Below, one piece after another: positions 9,930-23,847 of a DNA stretch of 64,000 bases. Below the pieces are notes generated by a model. The model did no database searches. It was not told the origin of the DNA and worked only from the letters and a program-made list of their open reading frames with translations. Numbering within the stretch: position 1 is the first letter of the stretch; each line of letters begins with the position of its first letter. Origin of the DNA: Bdellovibrionales bacterium (GTDB lineage: Bacteria > Bdellovibrionota > UBA1018); the NCBI GenBank assembly GCA_016786465.1, contig JAEUWC010000020.1:40217-104216 (forward strand). The letters run 5' to 3'. Made by a program: the position numbers and the translations under genes.

Positions 9930-12527
9930 TTGCAGTCCAATCCAGATGACGCGATCATCGTCAAAGGTGCGCGCGTCCATAATTTAAAGAACGTCAATGC
10001 ATGGATTCCGCGTGAAACACTGACGGTTTTAACCGGGCCCAGTGGTTCCGGAAAATCATCATTGGCCTTTGACACCATCTATGCCGAAGGCCAACGCCGG
10101 TATGTAGAAAGCCTTTCGGCCTATGCCCGACAGTTTTTAGAACAAATGGGAAAGCCCGATGTCGATTCGATCGAAGGGCTAAGCCCCACGATTTCCATTG
10201 AACAGGGGACGACAAGCTACAACCCTCGGTCTACGGTGGGTACAGTCACCGAACTTTACGATTACTTTCGTCTTTTATTTGCTCGGGTATCGAAACCTTT
10301 TTGCTACAACTGCGGAAAACCCATTCGTTCTCAGTCGCCCCAACAGATCACAGACCAAATTCTTTCATCCGCAGAAGGAACCAAGATTGCACTTTTGGCG
10401 CCGATCGTTCGCGGCCGAAAAGGTGAATACCAAAAGGAAATCGTTGCGCTTCGTCAGCAGGGTTTTGTCCGCGCCCGGGTTGATGGGGCCGTCATTGATC
10501 TGAACGAAGACATCACTTTGGATCGACAGAAAAAGCACGACATCGATGTCTATGTCGATCGTTTGATTGTGCGCGGGGATCGTGGAACCCTTGCGACCCG
10601 GGTCAGCGAATCCGTAGAACTTTGCCTGAAGCTGGGTTCCGGCCAAATGGTTTTGGAAACATTCACTGAAACAGGACCCCAGGAAATCCTTCTTTCTGAA
10701 AAGTTTGCCTGTGTGGATTGCGGGATCAGCTACCCGACACCCGAACCTAGAACCTTTTCTTTCAATAGCCCCATGGGCGCTTGTTCCACCTGCGAAGGCC
10801 TAGGGGTTGACCCAAAAACCAGCGCTCAGGCCGAAGCCGCCGCGATGGCGGACGACGAAGGCGAAGCTCAGCCGCGAATTGAAGTCACCCCTGATTCCTT
10901 TCCTTGCTTCGATTGCCGTGGTGCGCGCCTAAGAAAGGAAAGTCTCTATTTTAGAATTCAAGATCGAAACATCGATGATCTTTGCCGGCTTTCTTTAGAT
11001 GACCTTTTAAGCTTTTTTGAAACTTTGAAGCTCAATCAACGCGACACCTTGATTGCGGATCGACTTCTGAAGGAAATCCGCGAGCGGGTAAAGTTTCTGA
11101 CAGAAGTCGGCGTTTCTTACCTAAGCCTTTCAAGGTCCGCATCGACCCTTTCCGGGGGTGAAGCTCAACGGATTCGCTTGGCTTCCCAAATTGGAAGCGC
11201 CTTGGTTGGGGTCATCTATGTCCTAGACGAACCTTCCATTGGCCTTCATCAAAGGGACAATGATCGTCTGATTGCTACCCTGGAAAGGCTTCGCGACCTT
11301 GGAAACACGGTCTTGGTGGTCGAGCACGATCGCGACACCATGGAACGCGCTGATTGGATCGTCGATATTGGTCCAGGCGCGGGAATTCGCGGGGGCGAAA
11401 TCATCGCCGCTGGAAACTTGGCGACAATAGTCGGCCACAAAGAAAGTACAACCGGGCGCTACCTTCGTGGGGATTTGAAAATTGAAATTCCAAAAAATCG
11501 CCGAAAACCCGATCCTTCACGCGTGATTTCAGTTCAAGGCGCGGAACTGAATAATCTGAAGAATGTTTCTGTCGATTTTCCACTTGGAACCCTGACCTTG
11601 GTCACGGGTGTTTCCGGAAGCGGAAAAAGCACCTTGGTCCTGGACACTCTTTATCGAAAACTTTTTTCACACCTTTACGGTTCGAAGGTCCTAGACCCAA
11701 AGGTCAAAAAGATCACGGGCCTAGATCAGGTTGATAAAGTCATTGATATCGACCAAAGCCCAATTGGGCGCACGCCAAGATCGAATCCTGCAACCTACAC
11801 CGGGCTTTTTTCACCCATCCGCGACTTGTTCGCCAGTCTTCCGGAATCCCAGATCCGTGGCTTCGGCCCGGGTCGGTTTTCCTTTAACGTGAAAGGCGGC
11901 CGCTGCGAAAAGTGCGAAGGCGGCGGGATGACGAAGGTAGAAATGCACTTTCTTCCAAACGTTTACGTCCTTTGTGATTCTTGTCAGGGAAAACGCTACA
12001 ACGCCGAAACCCTTTCAATTCAATATAAAGGGAAGAATATCGCCGAAGTTCTAGAAATGGGTTGCGAAGAAGCCCTGACGTTCTTTGACGCCATCCCGTC
12101 TTTGAAATCGAAACTAGCTGTGATCAACGCTGTGGGTTTGGGCTACATCAAACTGGGTCAAAGTTCGACAACCCTTTCGGGGGGCGAAGCCCAGCGGATC
12201 AAGCTTTCGCGTGAACTCAGCCGCCGGGGCACGGGCCGAACCGTCTATATTCTAGACGAACCTTCGACTGGCCTTCATTTCGATGACGTGAATAAGCTGG
12301 TTTCAATCCTTCAGGCGCTTGTGGATCAGGGAAACACCGTGATTGTGATTGAACACAACCTAGACATCATCAAGGTCGCGGACCACATCATTGAAATGGG
12401 GCCTGAAGGTGGAAATGCCGGCGGAAACGTTGTCGTTACGGGAACACCCGAAGTCATTGCCCGCCATCCCGGAAGCCCAACTGGAAAGTATCTGAAAAAC
12501 TACCTTCCGCGAACAACCGTACAATAA
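9930..12527 (+). CDS. uvrA: Excinuclease ABC subunit A, short form
   Basis: GPSGSGKS, two LSGGEAQRI signatures, GVSGSGKS, zinc modules. Confidence 0.96.
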   Translation: MQSNPDDAIIVKGARVHNLKNVNAWIPRETLTVLTGPSGSGKSSLAFDTIYAEGQRRYVESLSAYARQFLEQMGKPDVDSIEGLSPTISIEQGTTSYNPRSTVGTVTELYDYFRLLFARVSKPFCYNCGKPIRSQSPQQITDQILSSAEGTKIALLAPIVRGRKGEYQKEIVALRQQGFVRARVDGAVIDLNEDITLDRQKKHDIDVYVDRLIVRGDRGTLATRVSESVELCLKLGSGQMVLETFTETGPQEILLSEKFACVDCGISYPTPEPRTFSFNSPMGACSTCEGLGVDPKTSAQAEAAAMADDEGEAQPRIEVTPDSFPCFDCRGARLRKESLYFRIQDRNIDDLCRLSLDDLLSFFETLKLNQRDTLIADRLLKEIRERVKFLTEVGVSYLSLSRSASTLSGGEAQRIRLASQIGSALVGVIYVLDEPSIGLHQRDNDRLIATLERLRDLGNTVLVVEHDRDTMERADWIVDIGPGAGIRGGEIIAAGNLATIVGHKESTTGRYLRGDLKIEIPKNRRKPDPSRVISVQGAELNNLKNVSVDFPLGTLTLVTGVSGSGKSTLVLDTLYRKLFSHLYGSKVLDPKVKKITGLDQVDKVIDIDQSPIGRTPRSNPATYTGLFSPIRDLFASLPESQIRGFGPGRFSFNVKGGRCEKCEGGGMTKVEMHFLPNVYVLCDSCQGKRYNAETLSIQYKGKNIAEVLEMGCEEALTFFDAIPSLKSKLAVINAVGLGYIKLGQSSTTLSGGEAQRIKLSRELSRRGTGRTVYILDEPSTGLHFDDVNKLVSILQALVDQGNTVIVIEHNLDIIKVADHIIEMGPEGGNAGGNVVVTGTPEVIARHPGSPTGKYLKNYLPRTTVQ

Positions 12528-12805
12528 GTCGCGATTCCCAAAACGTTATTGGATTTGTAATCCACCGTTTGAATCAAGGTGATCGCACCGGCTTTCCGCG
12601 CGGATTCAATACTGGAATCACCAGTGGCGACCAGACCAAAAATTGAAGTCATGCAGGCTTCGCCCATTCTGTTCCCAGGCTGAGCGTCTGTCGCTGTTCC
12701 GGCTGACCATGCGTCCGTATAGATGATTCCCATGGGTCCAGGTCCAGTTGCACAGGAAGTAAAAAGTCCAGACACCATCAAGGCCGACAAAAGGATCTTT
12801 TTCAT
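12500..12805 (-). CDS. TRL-like family lipoprotein
   Basis: Lipobox FTSC; [22 protein letters not shown]...VDY...CTVVRG pattern. Confidence 0.8.
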   Translation of the reverse strand: MKKILLSALMVSGLFTSCATGPGPMGIIYTDAWSAGTATDAQPGNRMGEACMTSIFGLVATGDSSIESARKAGAITLIQTVDYKSNNVLGIATYCTVVRGR

Positions 12806-12825
12806 AATCCTAGAATGAACTAAGC

Positions 12826-12860
12826 AAAAAAAAAGGCCACCGTCTTTTGAACGGTGGCCT
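12826..12860 (-). terminator. Rho-independent terminator after atpE
   Basis: Minus strand AGGCCACCGT-loop-ACGGTGGCCT followed by a T tract. Confidence 0.88.
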
Positions 12861-12884
12861 GATTCGGTTTGAACCGACTGTAAA

Positions 12885-13193
12885 CTACAGCTGGATCTTG
12901 ACGAACGAAATGACGAACGCCAGAAGAACCAGCGATTCGATCAGAGCGAGACCCAAGATCATTGGAGTTCCCATTTTAGGTTGAGCGGCAGGGTTACGTG
13001 CGATGCCGTCCAGAGCTGCGGTGACGACTTTCGACTGGCCCAAAGCGCCGCCGAAAACTGCCAAGCCGATGCCCAGGGCTGCGCCCAAAGCTGAAAGAGA
13101 ATCGCCTTTTGCTGGGGCTGCGCCATCGGCGAAAGCCACAGAAGTCAAAGCTGCTCCAAAAACTGCACTCATTACCAACATTTTGCGAATCAT
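12885..13193 (-). CDS. atpE: ATP synthase F0 subunit c with N-terminal leader
   Basis: GIGLAVFGGALGQ, ARNP loop, LALIESL; ATG 13193 with SD AAGGA. Confidence 0.93.
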   Translation of the reverse strand: MIRKMLVMSAVFGAALTSVAFADGAAPAKGDSLSALGAALGIGLAVFGGALGQSKVVTAALDGIARNPAAQPKMGTPMILGLALIESLVLLAFVISFVKIQL

Positions 13194-13236
13194 GAACGTG
13201 TCCTTTCTGCGTTCGGTTTTTTTCACGGACAAGACC

Positions 13237-13947
13237 TTAGTGGTCATGTGCCGTGGAAAGATTGATGTAAACCATGGTCATCAAACAGAAGACCAAGCTT
13301 TGAATAAAAGAGACGAAGACGCCCATTCCGTAGAAAATCGTCGGAACCAACCAAGGCACAAGGTCTGAAAAAACCCCAAGCACAATGTGGTCCGCCATAA
13401 TGTTCGTACGAAGACGGATTGCCAAAGAAATCGGACGCGCAATGTGCGACGCGATTTCAACGATCAACATCAGAGGTCCTAACCACCAGATCGGACCCCA
13501 GAAGTGTTTCAGGTAGCCCAGCCCGTTTTCACGAAGGCCGGCCCAGTTGTAATAAAGGAAAACGAAGATCGCCAAAGCGAAAGTCGTATTCAGATTGTCC
13601 GTCGGAGGCAGGAAGCCTGGGACTAGTCCAATGATGTTGGACGAAAAAACAAAAAGGAAAAGTGAACCAATCAGTGGGTAATACTTCTTCGCGTTGTGTT
13701 CGCCCAAGTTGGCAACTGCCAAACCGTAGATGCTTTCCGCGACGATTTCGAAAAAGTTTTGAAAGGACCATTTCGAATCCGGAATGACGCCGCCGTCTTC
13801 GCGAGACATGATTCGTGAAAGTTGAAGGCGGACAACAAGAAGACAGAATAGAAGAACTGAAACGAGCAAGATCGCCATGACGACATGGTTAGGTGCGTGA
13901 GCTAAAAAAGGGATCTTCTCGGTCCAGAGAAAGCCGTGGTGTTCCAT
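13237..13947 (-). CDS. atpB: ATP synthase F0 subunit a
   Basis: NIIGLVPG, PTDNLN, RPISLAIRL, IQSLVFCLMTMVY. Confidence 0.93.
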   Translation of the reverse strand: MEHHGFLWTEKIPFLAHAPNHVVMAILLVSVLLFCLLVVRLQLSRIMSREDGGVIPDSKWSFQNFFEIVAESIYGLAVANLGEHNAKKYYPLIGSLFLFVFSSNIIGLVPGFLPPTDNLNTTFALAIFVFLYYNWAGLRENGLGYLKHFWGPIWWLGPLMLIVEIASHIARPISLAIRLRTNIMADHIVLGVFSDLVPWLVPTIFYGMGVFVSFIQSLVFCLMTMVYINLSTAHDH

Positions 13948-14027
13948 AGTTCAAAATCCGTTGAGTAGCCGATGCTTACCTGATCTCGGTTCTGTTGAAT
14001 AGTGGGGAATAGGGACTACGAAAATTT

Positions 14028-14414
14028 CTATTTATTGCTTCGCGTCAAAAGCATCCCGCCGATGGGCACACTGACCCAGCCCGACAATCCCAAAAGCATG
14101 GCGGGTAAGACGTCTTTCTTTCCCAATACGAAAATGGCCAAGATCGCTCCGCCCACGGAAAGAAATTTCAAAGGCATCCAAACCAAGATCCCGTACCGGT
14201 TCACTTCTTGGGGGAACAAAAGTGCGCGAATTAGGCGCCCCAAGGAAATCAGGTTCAGGATCGATAAGCTAAAGAAAGTATAGAATATTTTGAAAAGATC
14301 AGTCCGACCCATCCCCCAAAGAATCCCAATACTGACGACAAACCAAGCACAGGCCGCCCAGGTGAACGATCGAAAGTTTTTCTGATAGTCGGATGCGCCT
14401 TTAGACTTTTTCAC
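14028..14414 (-). CDS. AtpI-like membrane protein
   Basis: Four hydrophobic segments, directly upstream of atpB. Confidence 0.55.
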   Translation of the reverse strand: MKKSKGASDYQKNFRSFTWAACAWFVVSIGILWGMGRTDLFKIFYTFFSLSILNLISLGRLIRALLFPQEVNRYGILVWMPLKFLSVGGAILAIFVLGKKDVLPAMLLGLSGWVSVPIGGMLLTRSNK

Positions 14415-14620
14415 GGTTCTTCGTTTCCTTTATCGGGAACGTTGAGCCGCTTAAAGATCACGACAAAGGCCCCCGCCATTCCCAAAATCGCCCCCAGTAC
14501 GACCCAAATCGCTCCTTCGCGACTTCCCCCAGTCAGCCAATAGGGAATCGCAACGCCCACACCGGTCATCCCTAAGATTTCCGACGTGACCCGCGCGATT
14601 TCGGCGTACTGCTTGTTCAC
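14411..14620 (-). CDS. AtpZ/AtpI family small membrane protein
   Basis: Two TM helices (GVGVAIPYWL, GAILGMAGAF), ATGA overlaps on both sides, atp context. Confidence 0.6.
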   Translation of the reverse strand: MNKQYAEIARVTSEILGMTGVGVAIPYWLTGGSREGAIWVVLGAILGMAGAFVVIFKRLNVPDKGNEEP

Positions 14621-15465
14621 CGGCTTCTTTGTTCCTTCCGTTCCTTGATTCGCCCTAGCTTGATGTCAATCACCTGGGGCGATGGATAGATGTTCCGAAT
14701 CGATGCGAATTGCGCGTATGCCGCATCCAGTTGATCCATTTCTTCTAGGCAAGTCGCAATTCCAAAAAGGGCTTCCGTGGCTAAAGTGCTTTTCGGGTAC
14801 TTCTTTAGAAAGTTTTGAAAGGCATCAATTGCTTCTTCGAACGCTTCGTTGGGATTGACGTTTTCATCGCTGGTGCGGCCCCTGGAATGCCCTGCCCGGG
14901 TGAAGTACGTCACCCCTAGCTGATAAGCTGCATGTTCCGCCCAAGTACTTTTAGGAAACCGCTTGCGAATATCCCGATAAACTTCAACCGCTTCATCAAA
15001 GTGCCAAAGGTAGAAGTAACTTTTGGCAATTCGAAAAAGAAGTTCGGGCGCTTCCTTCGCTTTGGGGCGTGCGCGAAGCATGGCTCGATAATGAGAAATC
15101 GCAGGTTCGTACTGTTCCAGCTTAAGGAAAAGAAGTTCGCCAATTTGGCGATTCGCTTCCCAAACGGCTTCTGTTTCGGAGCTCATTTCGGCGAACTGCC
15201 GAAACTTTCGAACCGCTTCCGCGTACTGGTTCAAGTAAAGCGCCTGGGTGGTCGCCGCGCGAAACAGGGCCTGCTGCCCCAACTTTCCACGACTATCCTT
15301 GGTCACCACCTTTTCGAACTCGCTGATCGCCGCCAGGTACTTTCCGTCAGCGTACAGCTTTTCAGCAAGCAGGTATCGACTTTTGGCGTTGTCCGCCGTG
15401 CAGCCACTTAGGCCTGCAGCGATCCCCAAAAGGCATAGGAAAGTCGCCTTAGTGAGTGACGTCAC
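14617..15465 (-). CDS. Tetratricopeptide-repeat lipoprotein (BamD/CpoB-like)
   Basis: GTG start 15465, lipobox LSGC, repeated TPR motifs (AYQLGVTYF, ALFGIATCL, FPKS/YPKS). Confidence 0.8.
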   Translation of the reverse strand: MTSLTKATFLCLLGIAAGLSGCTADNAKSRYLLAEKLYADGKYLAAISEFEKVVTKDSRGKLGQQALFRAATTQALYLNQYAEAVRKFRQFAEMSSETEAVWEANRQIGELLFLKLEQYEPAISHYRAMLRARPKAKEAPELLFRIAKSYFYLWHFDEAVEVYRDIRKRFPKSTWAEHAAYQLGVTYFTRAGHSRGRTSDENVNPNEAFEEAIDAFQNFLKKYPKSTLATEALFGIATCLEEMDQLDAAYAQFASIRNIYPSPQVIDIKLGRIKERKEQRSR

Positions 15466-17962
15466 TTCCGCTACCGTCCGGCAGTGTGGAATTCGATTCG
15501 GCCATGTATTCGAACGCGACAACTTTTTCGCCCGTAGCAACCGTCATCAGACGGACGCCTTGCGTATTTCGCCCCTGTTCTGAAATTTCGCCGACGTGAA
15601 TGCGAATCATTTGGCCCTTGTTCGAAACGATCATGACGTCATCTTTTGAAAGAACCTGACGAGCGCCCATGACAGCGCCATTCTTGTCGTTGGTCTTCAT
15701 CGTGATGATGCCTTTTCCGCCACGGCTTTGTTCGCGGTATTCTGAAACCGGCGTACGCTTTCCGTATCCGCCTTCGGTTACCGTCAAAACTTCGAAGCCC
15801 GGCGCATTTCCATCGCCAGCCGCCGGCGCCTGGTCCAAGACTTCCATCGCCACTAGGCGGTCGTCTTCGTCCAAATGCATTCCGATCACGCCCCGAGCCG
15901 TACGGCCCATCGGGCGCACGTCTTCTTCGCTGAAACGAATCGACATCCCGTTTCGAGAACATAGGAAAACGTGGTTCTTTCCGTTGGTCTTTCGGGCGGA
16001 CACCAGTTCATCGCCGTCATCAATACTGATGGCGTTAATGCCCGCATTTCTGACGTTCGCGAATTCGCTCAACGCGGTTTTCTTGATGATCCCCGAACGG
16101 GTGACCATGACCAAGAATTCCGTTTCTTTGAATTCTTTGACCGGCAGGATCGCCTTAATCTTTTCACCTGGATTCAACTGAATCAGGTTCACGATCGCCT
16201 TGCCTTTGGCGGCGCGTGACGCTTCAGGCACTTTGTAAACTTTCAACCAGTACAGGCGACCTGCATCCGTGATGCACAACAAATACGAAAGCGTGGTGCA
16301 GCGGTAAATCGCCGTGACAAAGTCTTCATCTCCGGTCGTCACGGCGCGAACGCCACGTCCACCGCGGTGTTGGCTACGGAACTGGCTTGGGTCTGCTCGT
16401 TTCACGTAGCCCGTGTTCGTGATCGACACCAGGGTTTCTTCGTCCGAAATCAGGTCTTCATCTTCGAATTCGGCCGTTTCTCCTGCGACGATTTCGGTGC
16501 GGCGCTCGTCCCCAAAGCGTTCGCGAACTTCGATCAGTTCCTTTTTGACGATCTCAAAGACCAGCTTTTCGCTGCCCAAGATCTTTTTCAGTTCTTCAAT
16601 CAAGATCATGACTTGTTTGTACTCGTCGATGATCTTTTCGCGCTCAAGGCCGGTTAGGCGCTGCAGGCGCATATCCAAAATGGCTTGGGCTTGAATTTCC
16701 GAAAAACTGAATCGCGAAATCAACGAAGTCTTGGCTTCATCTGGGGCTTTAGACGCTTTGATCAGCGAAATGACTTCGTCGATGTTTTCAACGGCGCGCT
16801 TGAGTCCTTCCAAGATGTGCGCGCGGGCTTCAGCTTTTTTCAGATCATAGATCGTTCGACGAATGACCACGTCTTTGCGGTGTTCGACGAAGGCCCAAAT
16901 CATGTCTCGAAGATTGAAAAGCTTCGGTTGGCCGTTATGGATCGCCAACAGGTTGATCCCGAAGCTTTCCTGCATCTGCGTCAGTTTGAAAAGTTGGTTC
17001 AAGATGACGTTCGAATTTTCGCCCTTCTTGATTTCGATCACCATCCGCATTCCAGTGCGGTCGGATTCGTCTCGAAGGTCAGAAATTCCTTCAATCTTCT
17101 TGTCTCGGACCAAATCCGCGATCTTTTCGATCAGCTTGGCCTTGTTCACCTGATAAGGAAGTTCGGTCACAACGATGCGTTCCCGATCGGCTTTCATCGC
17201 TTCGATTTCAGCCTTCGCGCGAATCGTAATGGCGCCGCGGCCGGTTTTGTAAGCCTGCTTGATTCCACCGCCACCAAAAAGAATCCCAGCCGTCGGAAAG
17301 TCCGGGCCCTTGACGATCGACAGAAGATCATCGGTCGTTTGATTTGGATTATCGACCAACGAAATCGTTGCATCGACGATTTCCGTCAAGTTGTGCGGCG
17401 GAATATTGGTTGCCATACCGACGGCAATCCCTGACGAACCATTGACCAATAGGTTCGGGATTCGTGACGGAAGGACCTTGGGTTCGGTCAAGCTGTCGTC
17501 ATAGTTGGGTCCGAAATCGACGGTTTCCTTATCGATGTCCGAAAGGATTTCGTCGGTAACTTTTTCCATGCGAATTTCGGTGTAACGCATGGCTGCCGCC
17601 GCATCACCGTCGACCGACCCGAAGTTTCCTTGCCCATCGACCAAGGGATAACGAAGCGAAAAGTCCTGAGCCATTCGAACGATGGTGTCATAAATCGCCG
17701 TATCGCCATGGGGGTGGTATTTACCCATGACGTCCCCGACGACACGGGCTGACTTTTTGTAAGCTTTATTGTGGGTGTTCCCCATGTCGTACATCGTGTA
17801 CAAGACCCGGCGGTGAACCGGCTTCAAGCCGTCACGAACGTCGGGAAGCGCACGGCCCACGATCACGCTCATCGCGTAATCCAGGTAAGCTCCCCGCATT
17901 TCATCTTCGATGTTTACGGAAACAATGTTTTTGTCTGTGTTCGTAGGTTGTGAATCGCTCAT
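15449..17962 (-). CDS. gyrA: DNA gyrase subunit A
   Basis: DGLKPVHRR, YHPHGD, AAMRYTE, GyrA-box QHRGGRG. Confidence 0.98.
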   Translation of the reverse strand: MSDSQPTNTDKNIVSVNIEDEMRGAYLDYAMSVIVGRALPDVRDGLKPVHRRVLYTMYDMGNTHNKAYKKSARVVGDVMGKYHPHGDTAIYDTIVRMAQDFSLRYPLVDGQGNFGSVDGDAAAAMRYTEIRMEKVTDEILSDIDKETVDFGPNYDDSLTEPKVLPSRIPNLLVNGSSGIAVGMATNIPPHNLTEIVDATISLVDNPNQTTDDLLSIVKGPDFPTAGILFGGGGIKQAYKTGRGAITIRAKAEIEAMKADRERIVVTELPYQVNKAKLIEKIADLVRDKKIEGISDLRDESDRTGMRMVIEIKKGENSNVILNQLFKLTQMQESFGINLLAIHNGQPKLFNLRDMIWAFVEHRKDVVIRRTIYDLKKAEARAHILEGLKRAVENIDEVISLIKASKAPDEAKTSLISRFSFSEIQAQAILDMRLQRLTGLEREKIIDEYKQVMILIEELKKILGSEKLVFEIVKKELIEVRERFGDERRTEIVAGETAEFEDEDLISDEETLVSITNTGYVKRADPSQFRSQHRGGRGVRAVTTGDEDFVTAIYRCTTLSYLLCITDAGRLYWLKVYKVPEASRAAKGKAIVNLIQLNPGEKIKAILPVKEFKETEFLVMVTRSGIIKKTALSEFANVRNAGINAISIDDGDELVSARKTNGKNHVFLCSRNGMSIRFSEEDVRPMGRTARGVIGMHLDEDDRLVAMEVLDQAPAAGDGNAPGFEVLTVTEGGYGKRTPVSEYREQSRGGKGIITMKTNDKNGAVMGARQVLSKDDVMIVSNKGQMIRIHVGEISEQGRNTQGVRLMTVATGEKVVAFEYMAESNSTLPDGSGSDVTH

Positions 17963-17978
17963 AGTTTCGTCCGTTCAA

Positions 17979-21433
<3,455 letters not shown>

Positions 21434-22717
21434 TTAAGGCACTTCAACGATCTGGCCCGAGTCCACTCGGAACCATTTTCCGTTTAGCTTTTCGCGCCAA
21501 GCGGATCGATCATTCAGCGATTCGAAAGCTTCGATCGGGTCTTCTGTTGCGGTCACGAAAACTTGAAGTTCCGTTTCCGATAAAAATGCCAAAAGAAATT
21601 CCCGGCGACTTCGATCCAATTCCGAAGAAAAATCATCCAGAATCAACACAGGACGGTGTCCCGTTTCTTCTTGGAAGTTTTCGATCTCGGTCAGCTTCAA
21701 CGCCAACAGAGCCGATCGGACTTCTCCCTGTGATCCATGTCCGTGCAAAAAGTGTTGGCCCAGAAGGATCCCCCAATCATCCCGGTGTGGACCCGCACCG
21801 GTCACCCGGCTGCGAAGTTCTATCATCGCGAGATCAGAGAGTTTTTTCGAATACAGCTGTTCCAAAAGTTCTATTGAAGGCGGGTCCCCTTGTCCAGAGA
21901 AATGATCTAAATCTAACCCTATGTTATTACTTGGTTTTTCATCAAAAAATGTCGCGAAACTGGACCGATAAAAAAGCCCGGCTTTCGGTTGGTTCGGAGC
22001 GATCTTTTTTTGGAATTTTTCCAGTCGTGGAAGTGCCTTCTGAACCCATTTCAAACGCGCATGGGTGATGCGAGCGCCCAACTGAATCAGCGGATCCGTG
22101 TAACTTTTCAGATAGTTCTGGAAGTCTGCCGACCGAGGTCCGAACTGTTCTTGGTCTTTCAGCAGTGAATTTCGTTGTTCTAAAACTTTCTGATAGCGCG
22201 ACAGATCTTCCAAATACGTTTCGTTTTCAGCCGAAAGAACGCGGTCCAGGAACTGGCGGCGCAAAGCCGGTTCTCCGCGAATCAGTTCGTGATCCGAAGG
22301 GTTGAAAACGATGGAATGAAATCCCAGTTCGTAGTTTCCAAATCGCTGGCGAAGGAAATGCGACGATGATCGATAACCTTTTCCGTTGATGAATGCCGTT
22401 CGAATCACTTTTTCGCTTTCACGAAGAAAAGTGACCTTCAATTCAGATTGGGGCCCAGACAGGGCCGGATCATCGCCTGGCAAGCCTTCTGAAGCGATTC
22501 TAAGACGAATTTCACCCTGGGTGTCCTGCCAGTTTAAAAGTTCATCTGACGATGAACCTCGAAAGGACTTCAGCGAAGAAAGGTAACTGATGGCTTCGAC
22601 CAAGCTGGTCTTGCCCTGACCATTTTTTCCTAAAAAGAAATTCAGCCGGTGACTGGGCTCAAGCGTCGCTTCCTGGATATTCCTAAAGCGACTGACTCGA
22701 ATGGACCCAACCCGCAT
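21434..22717 (-). CDS. recF: DNA replication and repair protein RecF
   Basis: GKNGQGKTS, RRQFLD, GPHRDD, GSQGE, LDDFSSELD. Confidence 0.94.
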   Translation of the reverse strand: MRVGSIRVSRFRNIQEATLEPSHRLNFFLGKNGQGKTSLVEAISYLSSLKSFRGSSSDELLNWQDTQGEIRLRIASEGLPGDDPALSGPQSELKVTFLRESEKVIRTAFINGKGYRSSSHFLRQRFGNYELGFHSIVFNPSDHELIRGEPALRRQFLDRVLSAENETYLEDLSRYQKVLEQRNSLLKDQEQFGPRSADFQNYLKSYTDPLIQLGARITHARLKWVQKALPRLEKFQKKIAPNQPKAGLFYRSSFATFFDEKPSNNIGLDLDHFSGQGDPPSIELLEQLYSKKLSDLAMIELRSRVTGAGPHRDDWGILLGQHFLHGHGSQGEVRSALLALKLTEIENFQEETGHRPVLILDDFSSELDRSRREFLLAFLSETELQVFVTATEDPIEAFESLNDRSAWREKLNGKWFRVDSGQIVEVP

Positions 22718-22740
22718 GATTCTCCAATCAGACTAAAAAA

Positions 22741-23847
22741 TCAGATGCTCATCGGCATGATCATGTAAGTGTGATTGACCTTGCCCACTTCCCGAAGAAT
22801 TCCAGGACGCATTCGATTTGTGAAATTGAACTGAATCTGATCGCCCACCATGACCGACAAGCAATCCAAAAGATAACGAGCATTGAATCCGATTTCGATC
22901 GGATCGCCGCTGTAAGTGATGTCCAATTCTTCGCGAGCTTCGCCCATGTCGGGGTTACTGGAAGTGATCGTCAATTGGCCCGCCTGAAGCGACAATTTCA
23001 CGCCACGGCTTTTTTCATGGGCCAATAGGCTGACCCGCTTCAGGGCCGAATTGAATTCTTCACGGGGCAATACGGCGGTCTTATCCGCTTCTTTCGGGAT
23101 GACCTGGCGGTAATCCGGATATTCGCCTTCAATCAGTCGAACAAAAAGGAAAGACTGATCCATCCGAATGAAAATATAACCCCGTTCAAAAGCCATTCCG
23201 ATTGAAGTTGAAGCTTCATCCAGAAGTTTTTTGAATTCGTTCAAACCCTTTTTAGGAATAATCAATCCGCGCTTCAAATCAGGAATGGTCATGAAAACTT
23301 CCTGATCGACCAAGGACAATCGATGTCCATCAGTCGCGGTCATTCTCATGATGTTATTTTCAATGTTTTCAAAATAAACGCCGTTCAAATTGTAGCGGGT
23401 CGGATCGGTCGCTACTGCAAAAGAAGTCTTTTGAATCATTTCTTTCAAAGCTTCTACGCGTGCGTCGTTGTAATTTTTTTCTTCAAACTGTGGAAGTGCT
23501 GGAAATTCATCAGCCGCTAGGCTGACCACGTTAAACTTTGATTTCCCGCAGATGATTTCGGTCCAGTTGTTTTCTTTGCGAGTGATTTCAAGATTCTTGG
23601 CAGGAAGTTCTTTAACGATGTCTAAAAAGTTTTTTGCTGAAAGGGTCAACTTGCCATCTTGTGAATTTTCAACGGGAAGGGTGATGCGAATTCCGACTTC
23701 CAAATCTGTGGCTGACAAAGAAAGCTGTCCGTCTTTAACCACACAAAGAATATTGGAAAGAATCGGTACGGTGCTTTTCTTTTCGACAACCGATTGAGCC
23801 TTCTGGAGAGCGGCTAATAACGGATCCCTATGGATGGAAAACTTCAT
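22741..23847 (-). CDS. dnaN: DNA polymerase III beta clamp
   Basis: ATDLE, ATDGHRL, GEYPDY, GFNARY, IMPM; start moved to ATG 23847. Confidence 0.96.
   Translation of the reverse strand: MKFSIHRDPLLAALQKAQSVVEKKSTVPILSNILCVVKDGQLSLSATDLEVGIRITLPVENSQDGKLTLSAKNFLDIVKELPAKNLEITRKENNWTEIICGKSKFNVVSLAADEFPALPQFEEKNYNDARVEALKEMIQKTSFAVATDPTRYNLNGVYFENIENNIMRMTATDGHRLSLVDQEVFMTIPDLKRGLIIPKKGLNEFKKLLDEASTSIGMAFERGYIFIRMDQSFLFVRLIEGEYPDYRQVIPKEADKTAVLPREEFNSALKRVSLLAHEKSRGVKLSLQAGQLTITSSNPDMGEAREELDITYSGDPIEIGFNARYLLDCLSVMVGDQIQFNFTNRMRPGILREVGKVNHTYMIMPMSI

Noticed and set aside
16685-17434. 249-aa ORF antisense to gyrA (also 46311-47390 antisense to atpA/atpG and 31105-31869 antisense to the acyl-CoA dehydrogenase)
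   Set aside because: Shadow ORFs of conserved genes; no motifs or independent start signals
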